Notes: generated by a model from the sequence alone, not told the origin. DNA of 64,000 nucleotides from Candidatus Pacebacteria bacterium GW2011_GWA1_46_10 (GCA_001002135.1 LCLP01000001.1:8417-72416); one strand, 5' to 3'. Shown: positions 9,101-18,487, counted from the stretch's first letter. Program-made: numbers and translations.

Positions 9101-9442
9101 TTACAAGGGAATATCTGCCCCTGTGACTTGTTTAATAATCTGAACGACCCAGTACGCTATAAACATCACCACGATGCCTACTCCAGTCGTGAGCACGATT
9201 TTCATCGCTTCTTGAATACCCTTTTGTCCTTTGATCAAAAATTTATAGCCAGCCAGGATAACCATGATCATCACGGCAATGCCCGCGACTACAAATAGAT
9301 TTGGCACAATTAAGTTGACGAGAGTTGAGGGAGAAGTGTACACGTCTTTGACCGGCGTCCCGTCACTCAGGGTATAAGCACAGCCAAGTTCGAAGCCTGC
9401 TTCACTGCTGCCCGGGCTGGTGGCGCAACTACTTTCACTCAT
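9101..9442 (-). CDS. divergent pilin-like two-TM protein, paralog 7 (no obvious signal peptide)
   Basis: TM, 'KGQKGIQEAMKIVLTTGVGIVVMFIAYWV', TM. Same size class. First gene of the minus-strand array, divergent from the sigma factor gene. Confidence 0.35.
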   Translation of the reverse strand: MSESSCATSPGSSEAGFELGCAYTLSDGTPVKDVYTSPSTLVNLIVPNLFVVAGIAVMIMVILAGYKFLIKGQKGIQEAMKIVLTTGVGIVVMFIAYWVVQIIKQVTGADIPL

Positions 9443-9481
9443 TGGGTGGTATTATATCAACACATTACAGAGGAAAACCAC

Positions 9482-10021
9482 ATGATCTTACCAAAAAAAG
9501 AACGACAGCTGTTAGCTCGACTGCGCGCTGGCAGTAAGCAGGCTGTGCGGGAGTGGTTCGCCTTATTTTTCCCTTACTTGTTGCGGTTGGCCATCGGTAA
9601 AGTTCCCCACAGAGAAGATGCTGAGGAAATCGTGCAGGAGACGTTTATTAACTGTCTGAAACAACTGCCTCTTTTTCAAGAAAGAGCTCGGTTGCGAACG
9701 TGGATGGTCAGTATTTTGAACCACGAAATTGCAGATTATTATCGTCGCCGCTATGCCAAACGAGCACTGCAGGTTATTCCACTGGCCAATGTTTTAGTGG
9801 CTCAACCAGTGAAAAATGCGAGTGAAACCTCACTCAAGGTTCAACAAGTGTTGGCGCGGATGAGTACAAAGCGCCAAGAGTTGTTGTTATTGAAATATGT
9901 TGACAAACGGAAGGTAGTGGAGATTGCCCGTCGTTGGAACACGACGATTAAAGCGATTGAATCAGAGCTCTTTCGGGCTCGGCGCGAGTTTAGGCTTTTA
10001 TACTTACAGCTAGCTGATTAA
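9482..10021 (+). CDS. RNA polymerase sigma-70 family, ECF-type sigma factor (ORF open from 9446; the GAGGA-preceded ATG at 9482 is preferred)
   Basis: Region 2-like 'EIVQETFINCLKQLPLFQERARLRTWMVSILNHEIADYYRRR' and region 4-like 'QELLLLKYVDKRKVVEIARRWNTTIKAIESELFRARREFR'. Confidence 0.75.
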   Translation: MILPKKERQLLARLRAGSKQAVREWFALFFPYLLRLAIGKVPHREDAEEIVQETFINCLKQLPLFQERARLRTWMVSILNHEIADYYRRRYAKRALQVIPLANVLVAQPVKNASETSLKVQQVLARMSTKRQELLLLKYVDKRKVVEIARRWNTTIKAIESELFRARREFRLLYLQLAD

Positions 10022-10176
10022 AGCGGTGGGGCGGCCGCCTGTTTGCCAATATTTATGAAACGTAATCAGTTTTTAACCAAACTTACCCAAGAAGCGCAGT
10101 TGCAGGCCAAGATTTATTCTCACACGGTTGTTCCCAAACAACTTGAACCAGTCGCCAGTTTCATCGGCAACCATAC

Positions 10177-10593
10177 ATGGAAAGCATTATTGATCATTTC
10201 TGGTCTAATGGCTTTATTACAGGAGGTACGGCCGTTATGATGCTGCGTCAATTAATGCACATTGTGAGCTCTGTTGCCTATTCAGTTGCTCAGATTTCGC
10301 AAGGGTTATTTTTTCACCCGTACCAAACGATGCAGTCGCTGTTGCGGGAGAAAGTTTTTTTCTGGTTGACCCTGTTGCCGATGGGGATTTGGGTGGTAGC
10401 TCGGTTAGTATGGGGGTTAATGATTGTGCCGCTGGTGCGGCTGGTGTTTTCGTGTTCAGCGACCAACTTTTGGGGTTGTCAACTGATTCCGTTTTTTACT
10501 CATTGGTTGTGGTATTTTTGTGTACTGTGGCAGCTGGTGTTACTGTATCTGTTCGTGCGCTTCATATATGCTTTTGCCCAGGGTCGTGAATGA
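10177..10593 (+). CDS. hypothetical polytopic membrane protein
   Basis: Hydrophobic 138-aa ORF, 4-nt overlap with recF. An upstream out-of-frame ORF at 10043..10240 suggests a possible frameshift or alternative start. Confidence 0.45.
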   Translation: MESIIDHFWSNGFITGGTAVMMLRQLMHIVSSVAYSVAQISQGLFFHPYQTMQSLLREKVFFWLTLLPMGIWVVARLVWGLMIVPLVRLVFSCSATNFWGCQLIPFFTHWLWYFCVLWQLVLLYLFVRFIYAFAQGRE

Positions 10594-11660
10594 AAATTGC
10601 ACATATTTTTTTGCAGCACTTCCGTAACTTTGCGGAGTATGAAACCAAACTCAATAACGTGACGCTGTTGGTCGGCGGGAATGGGGCTGGTAAAACCTCG
10701 CTTGTCGAAGCGGCGTACTTGTTGTCTCATGGTGAAAGTTTCCGCGCGGAAAAAATCGATGAAATGATCGCTTTTGGTGAACCGTTAGCGAGAGTGACGG
10801 TGCGTTTGGGAGATGGTGAGAGCACCGATATTTTGGAGATGACGCTCACACGGGGCGTGGTGCAGGGGAAACGGTCACCAAAAAGACTCTATGCTATTAA
10901 TGGTGCTCGCAAGCGTCGGCAAAACTTTGTTGGCCGATTTTTGGCGGTAGTGTTTCAACCAGAGGATATGCGCTTGATCGAGGGTTCGCCATCTCGCCGC
11001 CGAAGCTTTGTGGATGATGTTTTGAAGCTCACCGAACCAAGCTATTTTCAGTCGCTCAGGACATACGAACAGGCGCTCAAGCGCATCAATAAGTTTTTGG
11101 AGTTGGTCAGAGAGAAGAAACAACCTCGTTCGGTTTTGACGTATTGGGAGTTGTTGATGGTTAAACACGGCCAATTTTTACAGGAGAAGCGCCAAGAGTT
11201 TTTCCACTTCCTCCATACCACCGGCGGGCCATTTGCTTTTGATGTGCGCTATCAATTGTCGGAAATTTCACCGGCGGTACTTGACTCTCACCGAGAACGG
11301 GCCATCGCCGCTGGTCATATGTTGATCGGTCCGCATAAGGACGATTTTGTCGTTTTTTTCACCGAAAAAAACCTTGAAGATCGCGACTTGTCAGCCTATG
11401 GTTCTCGCGGCCAACAGCGGCTGGGGGTGTTGTGGTTGAAAATGGGGGAGTTGCAGTTTTTGGAACACAAAAGAGATCAACAACCACTGCTTTTACTGGA
11501 CGACATTTTTTCGGAACTGGATGAGCGCTCGGAAAGCATGGTATTGGAGTTGATCGGGAAGTATCAAACAGTATTAACCACCGCCTCAAGCGCCACTAAA
11601 CAGTTTTTGGCAAAAAAGCTCAAGAATCTCTCGATCGTGAGAATGGAACGAGGTGGTTAA
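10590..11660 (+). CDS. recF: DNA replication and repair protein RecF
   Basis: N-terminus 'MKIAHIFLQHFRNFAEYE', Walker A 'GGNGAGKTSLVEAAYLL', and an SMC-like signature near the C-terminus 'SRGQQRLGVLWLKMGE...LLLDDIFSELDE'. Confidence 0.9.
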   Translation: MKIAHIFLQHFRNFAEYETKLNNVTLLVGGNGAGKTSLVEAAYLLSHGESFRAEKIDEMIAFGEPLARVTVRLGDGESTDILEMTLTRGVVQGKRSPKRLYAINGARKRRQNFVGRFLAVVFQPEDMRLIEGSPSRRRSFVDDVLKLTEPSYFQSLRTYEQALKRINKFLELVREKKQPRSVLTYWELLMVKHGQFLQEKRQEFFHFLHTTGGPFAFDVRYQLSEISPAVLDSHRERAIAAGHMLIGPHKDDFVVFFTEKNLEDRDLSAYGSRGQQRLGVLWLKMGELQFLEHKRDQQPLLLLDDIFSELDERSESMVLELIGKYQTVLTTASSATKQFLAKKLKNLSIVRMERGG

Positions 11661-12451
11661 GCTTTTTTGGCCTCTTTGAGGGTTTGCCAGAATAAAACGG
11701 GGATTACTTCTACCAGATCGCTGGCATTGAAGTAGTAACCGGTTTTTTCAAATAACTGTTCACCAGCCTTTTTGTTGATGTAACTGCCAACGACACAGGC
11801 TGTCAGGGCATCATTGGTGCAATAAAGGGCAGCCACCAGGCCAGCCAAGACGTCACCAGTCCCCCCCTTAGTCATCCCGGCGTTACCACCCTCGATCTTG
11901 ATTTTTTGCTGGCCGGTTTTGACAGTGTCGACTCGGCCCTTAAGCAGGATCACCGCTGGAATCACGTGTTCGCTGGCGAGTTTTTTTGCCACCATCATCA
12001 ACTCTCGTGAGTGGGGAGTGATGATGTGATGTGGCTTTAAGAGTTGTGGGTCAACCATTTGCAGGGCTCCAGCATCCAGCACCCACTTCTTGTCGGGGTA
12101 TTTTTTTAAAAGCCCATTGGTGATTTGTTCAGTTTCCGCCGCCCGCTCCATGCCGGGGCCGATCAGGACACAGTCAGCTTCACTAAGGTAGTGGTCAATT
12201 TCTTGGCGTGGCACCACGATGCCGTTCCAAAAATGACTCTTCGCTACCTGAATCAATTGATTGTTGCTAGGTACGGAAGAGTAAAAAACCATGTCCACGA
12301 ATTTGGCAGCGATGTCGAGACTCCACTTACTGGCGGCGTGAAAAAGCTCCGAGCCGCCAATAATCAGCAGCTTGCCGTTTTGTCCTTTGTGGGAGTCGGG
12401 GAGTGGCATTGAAATATTTTTAAAAAAAGGGAGGAGTGTTTTGGGAATCAT
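11657..12451 (-). CDS. nnrD: ADP-dependent NAD(P)H-hydrate dehydratase (YjeF C-terminal domain family)
   Basis: 'HKGQNGKLLIIGGS', 'GPGMERAAETEQI' and 'GGNAGMTKGGTGDVLAGLVAAL' are typical of YjeF_C carbohydrate-kinase-like proteins. Confidence 0.75.
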   Translation of the reverse strand: MIPKTLLPFFKNISMPLPDSHKGQNGKLLIIGGSELFHAASKWSLDIAAKFVDMVFYSSVPSNNQLIQVAKSHFWNGIVVPRQEIDHYLSEADCVLIGPGMERAAETEQITNGLLKKYPDKKWVLDAGALQMVDPQLLKPHHIITPHSRELMMVAKKLASEHVIPAVILLKGRVDTVKTGQQKIKIEGGNAGMTKGGTGDVLAGLVAALYCTNDALTACVVGSYINKKAGEQLFEKTGYYFNASDLVEVIPVLFWQTLKEAKKA

Positions 12452-12462
12452 TGCAGCTTTTT

Positions 12463-12774
12463 TTACTGTGGCTTCTTTTTTGTCATCAGTTGTTTTTGGG
12501 TGATGTCTTCTAGAGTTTTTTGCACCCGAGCTAACTGCATCGTGACGGTAACGGCCAGCAGGGTCATGATCACTGCATAAATAAACAGTGAAATGACACC
12601 GCTTTTTTCTCCTAAAAAGGGATTGATATAAGTTTCCACCGCGCTTTTGATCGCTTCATTCCAGGCGAGTGCCACCACCAGACCAAACCCGCTGGTAGCC
12701 AGCGTGACCATGTTTTTGACGATGGCCAGAGGGACTTCTTTGATTGAGTGAGGAGTCTTGAGATTACTAGCCAT
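12463..12774 (-). CDS. small hypothetical membrane protein
   Basis: 103-aa ORF with two hydrophobic helices. No recognizable motif. Confidence 0.4.
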   Translation of the reverse strand: MASNLKTPHSIKEVPLAIVKNMVTLATSGFGLVVALAWNEAIKSAVETYINPFLGEKSGVISLFIYAVIMTLLAVTVTMQLARVQKTLEDITQKQLMTKKKPQ

Positions 12775-12880
12775 AGCCGCATTATACCCGACTTTAACTG
12801 GGGTTTACCCAAGGTATTCTGGCAGAATCGGCGTGAAAAGCTAAAATTCCTTGCAAGTTTTGCCAGAATACCTTTAGAAT

Positions 12881-13978
12881 ATGATCAAAATGTATCAGCC
12901 AGTTTTCAGCATTACTCATAACCTTTTAACCTACATCGCCAATATTGAGGCCAGTAAAGCAGTGATTGATAACTCTCCATTGGTGCCGGCTTGGGAGGCC
13001 AGGTTCCGCGATGATGCGCTGGCCCGCACGGTGCACTTTGGCACCAAGATTGAGGGAAACGACCTCAGTCAGGAACAGGCTCAGCGCGTAATTCAACTTA
13101 AGGGGGTGTCTGATACTAAAGAAGTCTCGGAAAAAACCGGCGTCACGGCGCGTGAACGGGATATCCAAGAAGTCATTAACTACCGGAACGTCTTGCTCTG
13201 GATTGATCAACAAAAAGTGCTGGAGCGCAAACCTCAGTTGTCGGTCGACACGCTTCATACACTGCATTCACTGACGATGAAAGGTTTGGTTGATGAAGAG
13301 AGTGTGGGTGCTTTCCGCCAAAAACAAGTAGTAATTGAGGGAGTGGAAGGCAGCGGCGTGGTGTTTCGCCCGCCGGTTTCAGTTGAAGTGCCGTATTTAA
13401 TCGACGAGCTTTTTGCTTGGATTAACAGTCCGGAGGCCGCGCAGGTGCACCCGGTATTCCGTGCCGCGATCGTGCACTACCAGTTGGTGTACATTCACCC
13501 GTACGTGGAGGGCAATGGCCGCACCGCGCGGGCGATGGCGACTCTACTGATGTATTTGCTCGGGTACGATTTCAAACGCTTTTTCTCGCTGGAGCAATAT
13601 TACGACGGTGATGTCGATCGTTACTACAAAGCACTCTTGTCGGTCCAACAGCAACCGAGTGCGGATCTCACCTATTGGCTAGAATATTTTTGCTATGGGT
13701 TAGCCATTGAGATTGACAAAGTGAAGTCGCAGGTCCAGAAGTTGTCGAAAGATTTGAAAATGAAGAAAGAATTGGGGCGACAAGTGGCCTTATCGGAACG
13801 CCAAATTATTTTACTGGAAGTGTTGCAAAACCAGGGAGAAATTACTTCCGAAGACGCTCAGGAAGCTCTACCGAACGTCTCGGTTGACACCATTCTCAGA
13901 GACGTTCGCGATCTCATTCAAAAAGGAGTGGTCGAAAAGCGCGGTGTCACTAAGGGCGTGACCTATCGGTTGGCGTAA
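12881..13978 (+). CDS. Fic/DOC family protein (probable AMPylator or antitoxin-like), with a C-terminal winged-helix region
   Basis: Canonical Fic motif 'HPYVEGNGRTARAM' (HPFx[DE]GNGRxxR). 365 aa. Confidence 0.85.
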   Translation: MIKMYQPVFSITHNLLTYIANIEASKAVIDNSPLVPAWEARFRDDALARTVHFGTKIEGNDLSQEQAQRVIQLKGVSDTKEVSEKTGVTARERDIQEVINYRNVLLWIDQQKVLERKPQLSVDTLHTLHSLTMKGLVDEESVGAFRQKQVVIEGVEGSGVVFRPPVSVEVPYLIDELFAWINSPEAAQVHPVFRAAIVHYQLVYIHPYVEGNGRTARAMATLLMYLLGYDFKRFFSLEQYYDGDVDRYYKALLSVQQQPSADLTYWLEYFCYGLAIEIDKVKSQVQKLSKDLKMKKELGRQVALSERQIILLEVLQNQGEITSEDAQEALPNVSVDTILRDVRDLIQKGVVEKRGVTKGVTYRLA

Positions 13979-14015
13979 CCAACCTTTTGTTAATCTGTTA
14001 CAGTGAAAGTAGTGT

Positions 14016-15788
14016 ATGACTTTTGCTGACTTCGCCCAGCATTTGAAAAAAATTGAACCGACGAGCGCTCGGTTGGAAATTACCCGATTACTGGCTGATT
14101 TATTCAAAGACTTAAAAACTGAAGAGATTCCGCCGGCAGTTTACTTATCACTGGGTCGGTTAGTGCCGGAGTATCAGTCACTGGAATTTCAGTTGTCGAC
14201 CAAGATGATTTTGCGCGCACTGACCAAGCACATGGCCGAACGCCCCAAAGTCTACGGTGGCACTTCGAACAACTTATTTCACGAGGCTGATGACAGCAAC
14301 TATGGGCAACAGGTCAACAAACTTTACAAACAGACTGGTGACATTGGTGAAACTACCGAGCAATTGGTGACGAAGTCGTATCAAATAGGCAAACAACCAA
14401 GCTTGCTGGCGGTTTATGAACGCTTAACAGCCATCGCCAAAGAGAGTGGGACTGGTTCTCAAGAGCGCAAAGTGGCCGGTTTGTTGGCACTTTTTGACCA
14501 ACTCGACCCAACCTCTTTGCGCTTTGTGGCACGCATTGTAGTGGGGAAACTGCGCTTGGGTTTTTCGACCATGACGGTTTTAGATGCCTTGTCTTGGGTC
14601 AAACATGGTGACAAGTCAGACAGCAGCAAGTTGGAGGAATTGTTTCAGAAAAAAGCTGACTTGGGTTTGTTAGCTCAAACCTATTTAAAACACCCAGGCT
14701 TTCAAGTGGTAGAGCGGACCTATCAAATCGAACTGGGCGTGCCGATTGTGCCGGCACTTTGTCAGCGTCTCAACACCGCCAAAGAAATCACCGACAAAAT
14801 GGGCGAGGTCATTGTCGAGCCGAAATACGATGGTTTGCGAATTCAGATTCACCTGGGTGAAGAAAAAGCCAAGCGGTGGGTGCGCTCATTTACGCGCAAC
14901 CTGGAGGAGACTTCGCATATGTTTCCGGAACTGGCGGCCAACTTAAAAGATCTCAAGTGTCAAAGCGCTATTCTCGATGGGGAAGTGGTTGGCATTGATA
15001 AAAAGTCTGGCCGGATTTTACCATTTCAGGAAACTGCCACTCGCCGCCGCAAACATGGGGTGGAACGCAAGGCTGCTGAGTTGCCGGTGAAGTTTTTTTT
15101 GTTTGATATTTTGCAAAAAGATGGCAAAAGTTTAATTGACTCTCCCCTGTCGGAACGGAAAGCAATCTTGGCTGCCCTAGTAGATAACTCTACAGTTTTT
15201 GTGCTGACGCCATTTATGGTTACGAAAGATCCACAAGCACTGCATGCCTATCACGATCAGCAACTTCAGGAGGGTTTGGAAGGAGCCGTAATTAAACAGT
15301 ATGACTCAGTTTATAAGAGCGGCAGGAAGGGTTGGCGTTGGGTCAAAATCAAAGAAGAAGAAGGGACTGCCGGCAAGTTGAGTGACACCCTGGATTGTAT
15401 TGTGATGGGGTATTACAAAGGCCGTGGGAAACGAACGCAGTTTGGCGTGGGCGCTTTTTTGGTGGGTTTACTGGGTAAAGACGATAAGATTGTGACGGTA
15501 GCCAAGATTGGCACCGGTCTCACCGATGAGCAGTTTCGCGAACTCAAGCAGCGGATTGACCGATACGAAACCAAAAAAGCGCCCCCCCACTACGTGGTTC
15601 ACAGAAACCTTTTGCCAGATGGTTGGGTAGAGCCAGCACTGGTGGTGGAAGTGGCCGCCGACGAAATCACGCGCTCCCCTCTTCACTCAGCAGGAAAAGC
15701 GCTGCGCTTTCCTCGCTTGGTAAAGTTCAGGGATGACAAGCGTTGGCAGGACGCGACCACAGTCAGGGAGTTACTGACCATTCGTTAA
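14016..15788 (+). CDS. lig: ATP-dependent DNA ligase (archaeal/eukaryal LigI-like family)
   Basis: Adenylation motif I 'VIVEPKYDGLRIQIH' (KxDG), motif 'LDGEVVG', OB-domain region, and an N-terminal DNA-binding-domain-sized extension. 590 aa. Confidence 0.85.
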   Translation: MTFADFAQHLKKIEPTSARLEITRLLADLFKDLKTEEIPPAVYLSLGRLVPEYQSLEFQLSTKMILRALTKHMAERPKVYGGTSNNLFHEADDSNYGQQVNKLYKQTGDIGETTEQLVTKSYQIGKQPSLLAVYERLTAIAKESGTGSQERKVAGLLALFDQLDPTSLRFVARIVVGKLRLGFSTMTVLDALSWVKHGDKSDSSKLEELFQKKADLGLLAQTYLKHPGFQVVERTYQIELGVPIVPALCQRLNTAKEITDKMGEVIVEPKYDGLRIQIHLGEEKAKRWVRSFTRNLEETSHMFPELAANLKDLKCQSAILDGEVVGIDKKSGRILPFQETATRRRKHGVERKAAELPVKFFLFDILQKDGKSLIDSPLSERKAILAALVDNSTVFVLTPFMVTKDPQALHAYHDQQLQEGLEGAVIKQYDSVYKSGRKGWRWVKIKEEEGTAGKLSDTLDCIVMGYYKGRGKRTQFGVGAFLVGLLGKDDKIVTVAKIGTGLTDEQFRELKQRIDRYETKKAPPHYVVHRNLLPDGWVEPALVVEVAADEITRSPLHSAGKALRFPRLVKFRDDKRWQDATTVRELLTIR

Positions 15789-16651
15789 GTTTCTTCTGGC
15801 AGTAACTCACCTAAACTTTTCAACAGCTGTTTGGCCCGAGTGAGTTGTTTTTTTGAGGCTTTTTGGATAAACCTTTGCAAGTTAATAAACGGTGAGCGAG
15901 ATGGTCGGTCGTAGTATTTACCACCTTCCATGACGTAGCCATAGTTGTGGTGTTCAAAACTTTTACCCAGGATGTAGTTAAGTTGCGAGGCGGCCGCAAT
16001 GCGGGCCATTTTTAGTGAACCTTCTTTTTCAAATCGCCGTAGCGAGAAAAGATACCTGGGTTCGTGAAAAATTTTGAAATGGTAGCCGGCGGCGACACAG
16101 TCTTTGACGAACAGTGAGTCTTCGAAGATTTTTTGTTTTTCGTTAAACTTTACTTTTCTGGTTGCTGTTTTTTTGGCCCCGATCAGCGCTCCAATTGCCG
16201 CTTCCTTGCCGACAATATGGTAAAGTTCGTAGCCAAAGTTAATGGCCGAGTCGATGGTTTTACTGAGCGAGGTTTGCTGGTTTGTTTTAACCCAGGTGGT
16301 AAAAACGCCTGTTTGTGGATTTTTTTCCAGTTGATACTTAATTCCTTGCAGAAAGTAGTTTGGCAGCCGGTTATCAGCGTCCATGAAAATGACCCATTCT
16401 CCCCTGGCTAACTGAGCACCAGCATTCCTTTGGTTGGCGACGTTTTGTTTTTTGCTAACCTTAATTCTCAGCGGGAAACGCCTTTTAAACTGACTGGCTG
16501 CTTTGACGGTGTGGTCGTTTGAGTTTCCGTCGACATGAATCACTTCGAAGTTAGTCAAAGTTTGCTGGACCAAGTCTCCCAACAAGAGTGGGAGATACTT
16601 TTCTTCGTCCAGGGTAGGAATCACGATCGAGAAAAACGGTTTTTTAAACAT
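15785..16651 (-). CDS. family 2 glycosyltransferase (DPM1/GtrB-like polyprenol-phosphate sugar transferase type)
   Basis: 'FSIVIPTLDEEKYLPLLLGDL...VIHVDGNSNDHT' and 'IFMDADN' (DxD). Confidence 0.8.
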   Translation of the reverse strand: MFKKPFFSIVIPTLDEEKYLPLLLGDLVQQTLTNFEVIHVDGNSNDHTVKAASQFKRRFPLRIKVSKKQNVANQRNAGAQLARGEWVIFMDADNRLPNYFLQGIKYQLEKNPQTGVFTTWVKTNQQTSLSKTIDSAINFGYELYHIVGKEAAIGALIGAKKTATRKVKFNEKQKIFEDSLFVKDCVAAGYHFKIFHEPRYLFSLRRFEKEGSLKMARIAAASQLNYILGKSFEHHNYGYVMEGGKYYDRPSRSPFINLQRFIQKASKKQLTRAKQLLKSLGELLPEET

Positions 16652-16703
16652 AAAGTCAATGACATGTATCTGTCATATTGTAAATCACGCTACAATGATC
16701 GAC

Positions 16704-17216
16704 ATGAAGATACTTATTGGGTTAGGGAATCCGGGTCGGGAGTATCAGCGCTCACGCCATAATGTTGGTTTCCGCGTTCTTGAACTGTTAGCCAAAAAAC
16801 TAGACATCACTTTTACTGATTCGCCGAGGCTCTTTTCTCAAGTTGGCAAACTCAATGACTGGTTGTTGGTGAAACCGAAAACCTTCGTTAATGGTTCTGG
16901 TCAGGCGGTCAGGGCAGTACTCAATTTTTACAAACTTTCTCCGGCGGCGCTGACCGTGGTGCATGACGACTTGGATTTGCCCTTTGGCACTTGGAAAAGC
17001 CAATTTGGCACTGGTCCCAAAATTCATAATGGCTTACTGTCGATTTACCAAGCGCTAGGGACAAGAGACTTTACTCACCTCAGGATTGGGGTTGATAATC
17101 GAGCAGGGAAGCGAACGATGCTGGGAAAAGACTACGTGCTACAGCCTTTTTCCAGTCAAGAAGAACGAGAACTTCGTGTTGTTGTAGAAGAAGTGGTGAA
17201 ATATTTACTAGATTAG
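16704..17216 (+). CDS. pth: peptidyl-tRNA hydrolase
   Basis: 'MKILIGLGNPGREYQRSRHNVGF' and 'LRIGV' motifs. The ORF is open from 16659; the internal Met is preferred. Confidence 0.9.
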   Translation: MKILIGLGNPGREYQRSRHNVGFRVLELLAKKLDITFTDSPRLFSQVGKLNDWLLVKPKTFVNGSGQAVRAVLNFYKLSPAALTVVHDDLDLPFGTWKSQFGTGPKIHNGLLSIYQALGTRDFTHLRIGVDNRAGKRTMLGKDYVLQPFSSQEERELRVVVEEVVKYLLD

Positions 17217-17237
17217 AAATAGCTCTCAGCTGCCCGT

Positions 17238-18470
17238 ATGCAAAACCTTCGTTACTCTCATCAAGTTCTTTTTCCTCGCATTACAGTCGATAACTCGCGC
17301 AACATGAAAGTATTGTTTTCGATTCGTGTTTTGCGCGAACTGGCTAATAAACTGGCACTGTTTTTTTTACCGGTGTTTTTGTTTCAGCTCGGGATCTCAA
17401 CTCGATTTTTAGCTGCTTGGGGGCTGACAAGTTTTCAAAGTGGCGTGGTACTGCTGGCACTTTATTTTGCTGTGGCCAAGCTGATGGTGGTATTGTTGGC
17501 CATTCCGGCTGGCGACTTTATACGTCGCTATGGGTTTGCGGCCAGCCTCATGTTGTCTCACCTGTTGTATGCGGTGACGCTAATCGGTTTTCGGTTGGCG
17601 TTGGAAAACCTGAACTGGCTGTGGCTCGCGATTGCCACCGACGGGGTTAATTCCACTCTCATGTGGGGAAGTTTTAACACCCTTTTTTCCAAGGACGCGC
17701 GCAAAGCCCGGATGGGACGCGAGCTGGGGTTGATCCAAGCTTTATTGAATGTCATTTGGATGATTGCACCAGCTGTCAGTGGTATTGTCATTTTTATGTT
17801 TGGTTACGAGTCACTTTTTTCGGCTGGTTTGGTAATTGTGGGTATCAATATTTTGCTGGCGGCTTTCGTCACCGCCGCCCGTGAGCGAGACGACGTTAGT
17901 CTCAAAGAATTCTCGTGGTGGATTCGAGAGCGCCGGTTTGTGAAATTGAGTGCTTCGATTGGCGGTAAAACTATTCACGATCTGGCTATTTTCGTCTGGC
18001 CGTTGTATGTTTTTTTACTGTTGGGCAACACTGAGCGGGTAGGTATTTTGTATAGTTTGTCGTTTTTACTTTCGGTTATCATTGAGCTTTTTTTGAGTGA
18101 GAGAATCGATCACCACCATCGCCGTCGACCGTTTTATATTTCTGGTGGTATGTTGTCGGTCTTGTGGGCGCTGCGCTCTCAAGTTTTTACGCCGTGGGCA
18201 ATCGCTTTAGTCGACACCTTTGACAAGTTGACCGGCAATTATCACTGGTTGTTTTTTGACCGGTTGCTTTTCAACCGTGGCAAGGGGAGAGCGGCCTTGT
18301 CGTATTTTATTTACCGTGAGTTTATTGTGGGAGTGTCAGCGATGGGGTTTTGGTTGTTGTTTGCGCTCATTTTTCTCATTTGGCCGTTGGAATGGCGCGG
18401 GCTGTTTGCCTTGGCGGCGGTTGGCGTTTTATTGACGTTGTTGGTCAACAAAAAGCATGAGACGGTTTGA
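17238..18470 (+). CDS. MFS-type transporter-like polytopic membrane protein (alternative start 17304)
   Basis: About 12 hydrophobic segments. An MFS motif-A-like 'PAGDFIRRYGF' lies in the first cytoplasmic loop. Confidence 0.55.
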   Translation: MQNLRYSHQVLFPRITVDNSRNMKVLFSIRVLRELANKLALFFLPVFLFQLGISTRFLAAWGLTSFQSGVVLLALYFAVAKLMVVLLAIPAGDFIRRYGFAASLMLSHLLYAVTLIGFRLALENLNWLWLAIATDGVNSTLMWGSFNTLFSKDARKARMGRELGLIQALLNVIWMIAPAVSGIVIFMFGYESLFSAGLVIVGINILLAAFVTAARERDDVSLKEFSWWIRERRFVKLSASIGGKTIHDLAIFVWPLYVFLLLGNTERVGILYSLSFLLSVIIELFLSERIDHHHRRRPFYISGGMLSVLWALRSQVFTPWAIALVDTFDKLTGNYHWLFFDRLLFNRGKGRAALSYFIYREFIVGVSAMGFWLLFALIFLIWPLEWRGLFALAAVGVLLTLLVNKKHETV

Positions 18471-18487
18471 TGATATAAACTAGACTT

